From Actinomycetota bacterium (lineage in GTDB: Bacteria; Actinomycetota; UBA4738; HRBIN12): a stretch of DNA of 55,165 nt. Of this stretch, positions 49,980 through 55,165 are shown one piece after another (position 1 is the stretch's first letter; every line of letters starts with the position of its first letter). Both the position numbers and the translations under genes were made by a program. The notes under the pieces are model-generated. The model searched no databases. It was not told where the DNA came from and was given only the letters and a program-made list of their open reading frames with translations. The DNA is taken from positions 1 to 55,165 of the forward strand of contig JBIOTM010000084.1 in assembly GCA_044865955.1 (NCBI GenBank). The letters run 5' to 3'.

Positions 49980-51683
49980 ATGCGCAGACGAACCACAGCC
50001 GGTGCCCTGCTGGCATCGACCGTCGCGATCACGCTCGCCCTGCCGGGGTTCGTGCCGACGGCGTCCGCGCGGACGAAGGGGCCGTTGCGCGAGTACGTCG
50101 TCGAGTACGCCCACGGGGCGACGCTCGCCGAGGCGCGGGCCGCGGTCCGAGCGGCGGGCGGCGCGGTCGTGGACGAGCTCGCGGTGATCGGCGCCGCCAA
50201 GGTGGTCTCCAGGAACACGAACTTCATCCTCGACGCGGTGGGACAGGCGGCGTTGGCCGGTGCGGCCCGCAACCGCATCGTCGGCTACTCGGAGCCGGCG
50301 CTCCGGGAGAAGGTGGATGCCGTCGAGGCGCTGACCGCCACGAGCAAGGCGAGCGGCGAACGGGTGGCGGTGACGGCGGATGCCGAGCCGCGGGCCGACC
50401 TCCAGTGGGATATGGCCATGATCGACGCCACGGTCGAGGGGTCGTACGCGTCCCAGCCGGGCGATCCGCAGGTGCTCGTGGGGATCATCGACACGGGGAT
50501 CGACGCGTCGCACCCGGATCTGGACGACAACGTGAACACCTCGCTCAGCCGGAACTTCACGACCGACATCCCGCTGATCGACGGGCCGTGCAACCAGGAG
50601 CCGGACCACTCGTGCTCGGATCCCGCGACCGTCGACGAGGGCGGGCACGGCACGCACGTGGCCGGCACGGTCGCAGCCGAGCTGAACGGACTGGGGATCG
50701 CAGGCGTGGCACCGAACGTGACCCTGGTCAACCTCCGGGCCGGACAGGACTCCGGCTTCTTCTTCCTGTTCGAAACGCTGGCCGCCTATCAGTACGCGGG
50801 CACTCATGGGATCGACGTCGTCAACATGAGCTTCTTCACCGACCCGTGGCTGTTCAACTGCCGCGACAACTCCCTCGACTCCCCGGAGGAGCAGGAGGAG
50901 CAGGCGACGGTCATCGATCTCTCGAACGAGGCGCTGAACTTCGCCTACGCTCATGGCGTCACGCTCGTCGCGGCCGAGGGCAACGAGCACACGGACCTCG
51001 GGAACCCGACGTTCGACAACATCAGTCCCGACTACCCACCGGGGACGGAGAAGGTCCGGGACAACATCACGAACGACTGTCTCATCATCCCCACCGAGGG
51101 CGATCACGTGCTGTCGATCAGCGCCCTGGGGATCAGCGAACGGAAGGCGTACTACTCGAACTACAGCCTCGAACAAACGGTCGTGTCCGCACCCGGCGGG
51201 GATCGACGCGATCTGTTCGGGACCCCGCAGTACAACACGGCCGGCCTGCGGGTCCTGTCGACGTACCCGGCGGAGCTCGCGAAGGAAGAGGGTCTCATCA
51301 CCGGGAACTTCAAGTCCCGAACCCCGCTCGCGGTGGTCGATTGCGTCGGCAGGCGGATCAAGGGCAACTGCGGTGTGTACGTGTACCTGCAGGGGACCTC
51401 GATGGCGTCGCCCCATGTGACCGGCGTGGCCGCGCTCATCGTGAGCGAGTTCGGCTCGGGATCCGGCGCGGGCTTCGGGTACAGCCCTGCGCTCGTCGAA
51501 GCGAGGTTGAAGTCGACGGCGACCGATCACGCCTGCCCGACGGTGAGCTCGGCCGAGCTGTATCCGGATCTCGTGGGCGTGGACTCGGACGTGCCGTTCG
51601 AGGATCAGGTCTGCGTAGGCACCGCTGCGTTCAACAGCTGGTACGGCGACGGGATCGTGAACGCGCTGGCCGCGGTCTCGTAG
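49980..51683 (+). CDS. Secreted S8 (subtilisin-like) serine peptidase
   Basis: Signal peptide; IIDTGID, HGTHVAG and GTSMASP catalytic triad motifs. Confidence 0.95.
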   Translation: MRRRTTAGALLASTVAITLALPGFVPTASARTKGPLREYVVEYAHGATLAEARAAVRAAGGAVVDELAVIGAAKVVSRNTNFILDAVGQAALAGAARNRIVGYSEPALREKVDAVEALTATSKASGERVAVTADAEPRADLQWDMAMIDATVEGSYASQPGDPQVLVGIIDTGIDASHPDLDDNVNTSLSRNFTTDIPLIDGPCNQEPDHSCSDPATVDEGGHGTHVAGTVAAELNGLGIAGVAPNVTLVNLRAGQDSGFFFLFETLAAYQYAGTHGIDVVNMSFFTDPWLFNCRDNSLDSPEEQEEQATVIDLSNEALNFAYAHGVTLVAAEGNEHTDLGNPTFDNISPDYPPGTEKVRDNITNDCLIIPTEGDHVLSISALGISERKAYYSNYSLEQTVVSAPGGDRRDLFGTPQYNTAGLRVLSTYPAELAKEEGLITGNFKSRTPLAVVDCVGRRIKGNCGVYVYLQGTSMASPHVTGVAALIVSEFGSGSGAGFGYSPALVEARLKSTATDHACPTVSSAELYPDLVGVDSDVPFEDQVCVGTAAFNSWYGDGIVNALAAVS

Positions 51684-51701
51684 GCGGGAGGACGGATCGG
51701 T

Positions 51702-51732
51702 GTGGGCCGGGCGCCGGAGGCGCCCGGCCCAC
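51702..51732 (+). terminator. 14-bp GC hairpin after the S8 gene
   Basis: GTGGGCCGGGCGCC-GGA-GGCGCCCGGCCCAC. Confidence 0.65.
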
Positions 51733-51932
51733 CCTCTCGGGCCGTGGGCGCCCGGCGTCGTGTCAAGCGCATGACGAGACCTGTTACGTTCGCCCGGATC
51801 TCTGCGTCAAGGGGTTACCGATATCGACCGCCGACGATGTCGTGAACCCCTTGACGGCGTTCCCCGGCGGGAGGGTGGTGTGGGCGACAAGGCGTTGACA
51901 CACCCGGGCGGACGGACGCCGCGCCCGGCGCG

Positions 51933-52976
51933 ATGAGCCGCGACGACGAGGGGTCCTTCCGGATCCCGGAGAGCACCCTCTACGCGGCCGAAGCCGACGA
52001 GTTCGACGAGTACGACTGGACCGACCTGCCGTACTACGCGGACTGGCGCGGCTCGTTCCACAAGCTCCCGTGGTGCCTGGACGAGGACGCCGTTCGCGCC
52101 GCCGGCGCCGACGTCGCGATCGTCGGCGCGCCGTACGACGACGGCGTCTCGGCGCGTCCCGGTGCGCGGATGGGCCCGAAGGCGATCCGGAGCGCTCCCT
52201 ACCACTGGGGCACCCGTGATGCCTGGTCGATCCAGACCGAGGTCGAGCCCTTCGAGGTCCTCACCGTCGTGGATGCGGGCGACGCGCCGGTCGTCCCCGG
52301 CCGGCCGGAGCGGAGCCTCCGCGTGATCCACGAGAAGGTCCGGCGCGTCGCCGGCGCCGGCGCCGTCCCCATCGTCCTCGGCGGCGACCACTCGATCACC
52401 TTCCCGTCGGCGGCCGCCGTCGCGCGCGTCCAGGATCCGCGCACCGTCGGGATCGTCCACTTCGACGCCCATGCGGACACGGGCGCCGACCAATGGGGAT
52501 CGTTGATCGGCCACGGACAGCCGATGCGGCGGCTGATCGACGAGGGGTGGGTGGCCGGCCGGAACTTCGTGCAGGTGGGGCTCCGCGGCTATTGGCCGGA
52601 CAGAGCCACGTTCGGGTGGATGCGGGAACAGGGCCTCCGCTGGCACACGCAGGTCGAGATGGAGGAGCGGGGGGTCGACGAGGTGATCGACGCTGCGATC
52701 TCCGAGGCGCTCGACGGACCCGACCTGATCTACCTCTCGGTGGACATCGACGTCGTCGACCCGGGGATGGCGCCGGGCACCGGCACCCCCGAGTCCGGCG
52801 GGATGCTCGCCCGCGAGCTGCTCCGGGCGATCCGACGGATCGTGTCCGCCGTCGACCTGGTCGGGATGGATGTGGTGGAGGTCTCGCCCCCGTACGACCA
52901 CGCCGAGGTGACCTCGATGCTCGCGCTCCGTTGCGTCGTCGAGGCGATCGGCTCCCTCGCGGCGGGGCGGGGCTGA
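51933..52976 (+). CDS. Agmatinase-family ureohydrolase
   Basis: GGDHSIT, DAHAD, GHGQP, SVDIDVVDP..APGTGTP. Exact substrate cannot be determined. Confidence 0.92.
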   Translation: MSRDDEGSFRIPESTLYAAEADEFDEYDWTDLPYYADWRGSFHKLPWCLDEDAVRAAGADVAIVGAPYDDGVSARPGARMGPKAIRSAPYHWGTRDAWSIQTEVEPFEVLTVVDAGDAPVVPGRPERSLRVIHEKVRRVAGAGAVPIVLGGDHSITFPSAAAVARVQDPRTVGIVHFDAHADTGADQWGSLIGHGQPMRRLIDEGWVAGRNFVQVGLRGYWPDRATFGWMREQGLRWHTQVEMEERGVDEVIDAAISEALDGPDLIYLSVDIDVVDPGMAPGTGTPESGGMLARELLRAIRRIVSAVDLVGMDVVEVSPPYDHAEVTSMLALRCVVEAIGSLAAGRG

Positions 52977-53004
52977 ACGGCCGCCGCGCGGTACCCTCCC
53001 GCCC

Positions 53005-53226
53005 ATGTGCCGGAGCATCAAACGACTGCGCGAGCCCCACGGGCGGGGCCACGCCACCGACGAGGAGATCCGCGAGGCCGCGCTGCAGTTCGTCCGGAAG
53101 GTGAGCGGGTTCGGGTCGCCGAGCGCGCGCCACGCCGAGGCGTTCGGAACGGCCGTCGACGAGGTGGCGGATTCGTCGAGGCGGCTGCTCGAAGCGATCG
53201 ACGCCACGCTGCGGAGCGGAGCGTGA
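53005..53226 (+). CDS. DUF2277 family protein
   Basis: MCRSIK.LR...AT.EEI..AALQFVRKVSGF. Confidence 0.88.
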   Translation: MCRSIKRLREPHGRGHATDEEIREAALQFVRKVSGFGSPSARHAEAFGTAVDEVADSSRRLLEAIDATLRSGA

Positions 53227-54585
53227 CCGGCTATCCGCTGGATCCCTCGCCCGAGGACATGCGGGCGATGGGCGAGGCTGCGCTCGACTACGTGATCGAC
53301 TTCATCCGCGGCCTACCGGACGCGCCCGCCCAGAACGTCGAGGGCGCGCTGGAGGCGGCGCTGACGCTGAAGGCCTCGCCGTCCGAGGACGGTGGGCCGT
53401 TCGACGACGCCTTCGCGGAGTTCGCCGACGCGGCCGCTCGCGCGCTCGAGACCGCCGGCCCCGGCTACCTCCCGTACATCCCCGGCGGCGGTCTGTTCTC
53501 GTCGTCGCTGGCTCAGTTCCTGACGATGGCGGTGAACAGGTTCCCGAACCTGTGGGAGGTCGCACCGAGCCTCGCCCAGATCGAGCAGAACGTGATCCGA
53601 TGGCTGTGCGACCTGTTCGACTACCCGGAGGAGGCGCGCGGCATCCTCACGAGCGGCGGCTCCATCGCGAACCTGTCCGCCGTCGTCACCGCCCGCCACG
53701 TGAAGCTCGGCGAGGACTTCGCGGACGGGACCTATTACGTGAGCGAGCAGGCGCACGCGTCCGTGCCGAAGGCGGCGGCGATCGCCGGGATGCCGCGACG
53801 GGCGATGCGCCTGGTGCCGGTGGACGGCGAGCTCCGCATGGACCCCGACGCGCTCAAGGCGATGGTGGCCGAGGATCGCGCCGCCGGCCGCAGACCCTTC
53901 CTCGTCGTCCCCGCCGCGGGCACCACCAACACCGGCGCGATCGACCCGATGGACGCGGTGGCCGACGTCGCCGAGGCGGAGGGCCTCTGGTCGCACGTGG
54001 ACGCCGCGTACGGCGGGTTCTTCCAGCTGACCGAGCGCGGCCGCGAAGGGTTCCGGGGGATCGAGCGCGCCGATTCGATCACCCTCGATCCGCACAAGGG
54101 GATGTTCCTGCCCTACGGGACCGGCTCGCTCGTCGTACGGGACGGCGCGGCGCTCCGCGATGCGCACTTCGTCGGCGCCGAGTACCTCCAGGATCGCCTG
54201 CCGGAAGCCGAGCTGCCGAACTGGAACGAGTACTCGACGGAGCTCTCGCGGGATCATCGCGGCTTCCGCGTCTGGCTGCCGCTCCAGCTGCACGGGGTTC
54301 GCGCGTTCCGAGAGGCCCTCGACGAGAAGCTCGATCTCGCGGAGCACCTCCATGGCGCGCTCGCCGAGACGCCGGGGATCGAGCTGCCGTGGGCGCCGCA
54401 GCTCACGGTGGTGCCGTTCCGGCTCGCCGGCGCGACGGACGAGGAGGACCGGGCGTTCCTCGCGAGGATCAACGGTTCGAAGCGCGTCTACCTCTCGAGC
54501 ACGACGATCGGGGGCAGGCACATCATCCGGGCGTGCATCGTGAATCACCGGACGCACCGCGACCGCATCGACGAGGCGATCGAGG
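53223..54585 (+). CDS. Group II PLP-dependent decarboxylase (native stop lost at the junction)
   Basis: LTSGGSIAN, AGTTNTG, HVDAAYGG, DPHKG. GTGA overlap with DUF2277. Family-like sequence ends at HRDRIDEAIE. Confidence 0.85.
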
Positions 54586-54617
54586 GGTGCGGTCATGGGC
54601 TAAGTATATTGTCAGTC

Positions 54618-55142
54618 ATGCGCGCAGCAACATTCATTGCCATCGCACTCCTGGTGTCGTGCCGGACGCAGAACGCCGCCGTCGCTACGCGCATCGTGGA
54701 CACGCTGAGCTTCGCCGACGTCAACTCGGCGGACTCCGCCGACAGCATTCTGCTCGCGCCGCGCCTCGTCACCGAGCCCACGGTCATCGTGTTCTGGCTG
54801 GCGAGCGCCGATACGTTCTCCGCCGACGAGCAAGCCGAGGCGCTCGACGAGCTCAATTTCACGACGGAGCGCCTCGCGCCCACGCTCGCGCGCCACAGCA
54901 TCAAGCTGTTACCGACGAACTCCGACTCGATTTTCGTGGCGCTCCCGAACCGCCAACGGCGCCTGATCCTGTTGTCCGGCGTGGATTATCCGTTCGGCTA
55001 CGTGCTCGTGCAGCCGGGGACGGCCGAGCGGATTCTCGCCGGACTCTACGGCGACGACGAGCTGCGGGACGAGCTCGAGGCCTACTTCGACTTGCCGCCG
55101 GCTACTGATTCCACTCCCGCGGGGCCGCGGATCGCGACCTGA
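54618..55142 (+). CDS. Hypothetical lipoprotein, in frame with the decarboxylase; probably from unrelated DNA
   Basis: Own ATG, lipoprotein signal MRAATFIAIALLVSC, -10 TATATT at 54605, shift in base composition. Confidence 0.65.
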   Translation: MRAATFIAIALLVSCRTQNAAVATRIVDTLSFADVNSADSADSILLAPRLVTEPTVIVFWLASADTFSADEQAEALDELNFTTERLAPTLARHSIKLLPTNSDSIFVALPNRQRRLILLSGVDYPFGYVLVQPGTAERILAGLYGDDELRDELEAYFDLPPATDSTPAGPRIAT

Positions 55143-55165
55143 TGCTGCTGCTCGTGCTCACCGCG

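Noticed and set aside
47328-51530. 1400-aa minus-strand ORF and other long overlapping ORFs (e.g. 6849..8687, 14270..16003, 40327..42234, 5' part of 22423..25467)
   Set aside because: Antisense or alternate-frame shadows of real high-GC genes; Arg/Gly/Pro-rich with no motifs.
51860-51932. Guanidine riboswitch before the agmatinase-family gene
   Set aside because: I could not find twin ACGR hairpins or ykkC-I/III conserved blocks.

Overview
High-GC chromosomal window from an actinobacterium, probably a deep-branching lineage. Evidence: actinobacterial gene order (DUF5719-DUF3499-manB-trm112-PGI/PMI-ahcY-comF-hpf-response regulator-secA, then prfB-ftsEX-smpB-ssrA), many leaderless genes, and a retained prfB +1 frameshift. 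Two RNA genes are recognisable: a raiA-motif RNA (~10068-10322) and tmRNA (28371-28717, tag ANEEYALAA). Two accessory regions interrupt the backbone. (1) Between secA and prfB lie three paralogous small membrane proteins ending in H..V(N/D)G..CxQCR. Each has the same promoter layout of a -10 box plus two CRP-like boxes at identical spacing. An orphan, frameshifted Rhs/Ntox21-like toxin-immunity module and an IS3 remnant sit between copies 2 and 3. (2) Downstream of ssrA is an integrase-less ~10 kb island divided by degenerate copies of the tmRNA 3' end. Two of these read VDLRGRYSN on the minus strand and differ only at synonymous positions. The island carries two cyclase-STAND-TPR genes, an SGNH lipoprotein with an altered active site and a broken M50 protease. 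Further right are a third cyclase-STAND gene coupled to an aconitase X pair, an apparently circularly permuted PafA/NPP-type phosphatase, a GcvT-like gene divergent from two FAD oxidoreductases, a subtilase, an agmatinase-family enzyme and a PLP decarboxylase. The last ~600 bp look like a chimeric join to unrelated DNA. All family assignments come from motif recognition by eye; no searches were run.
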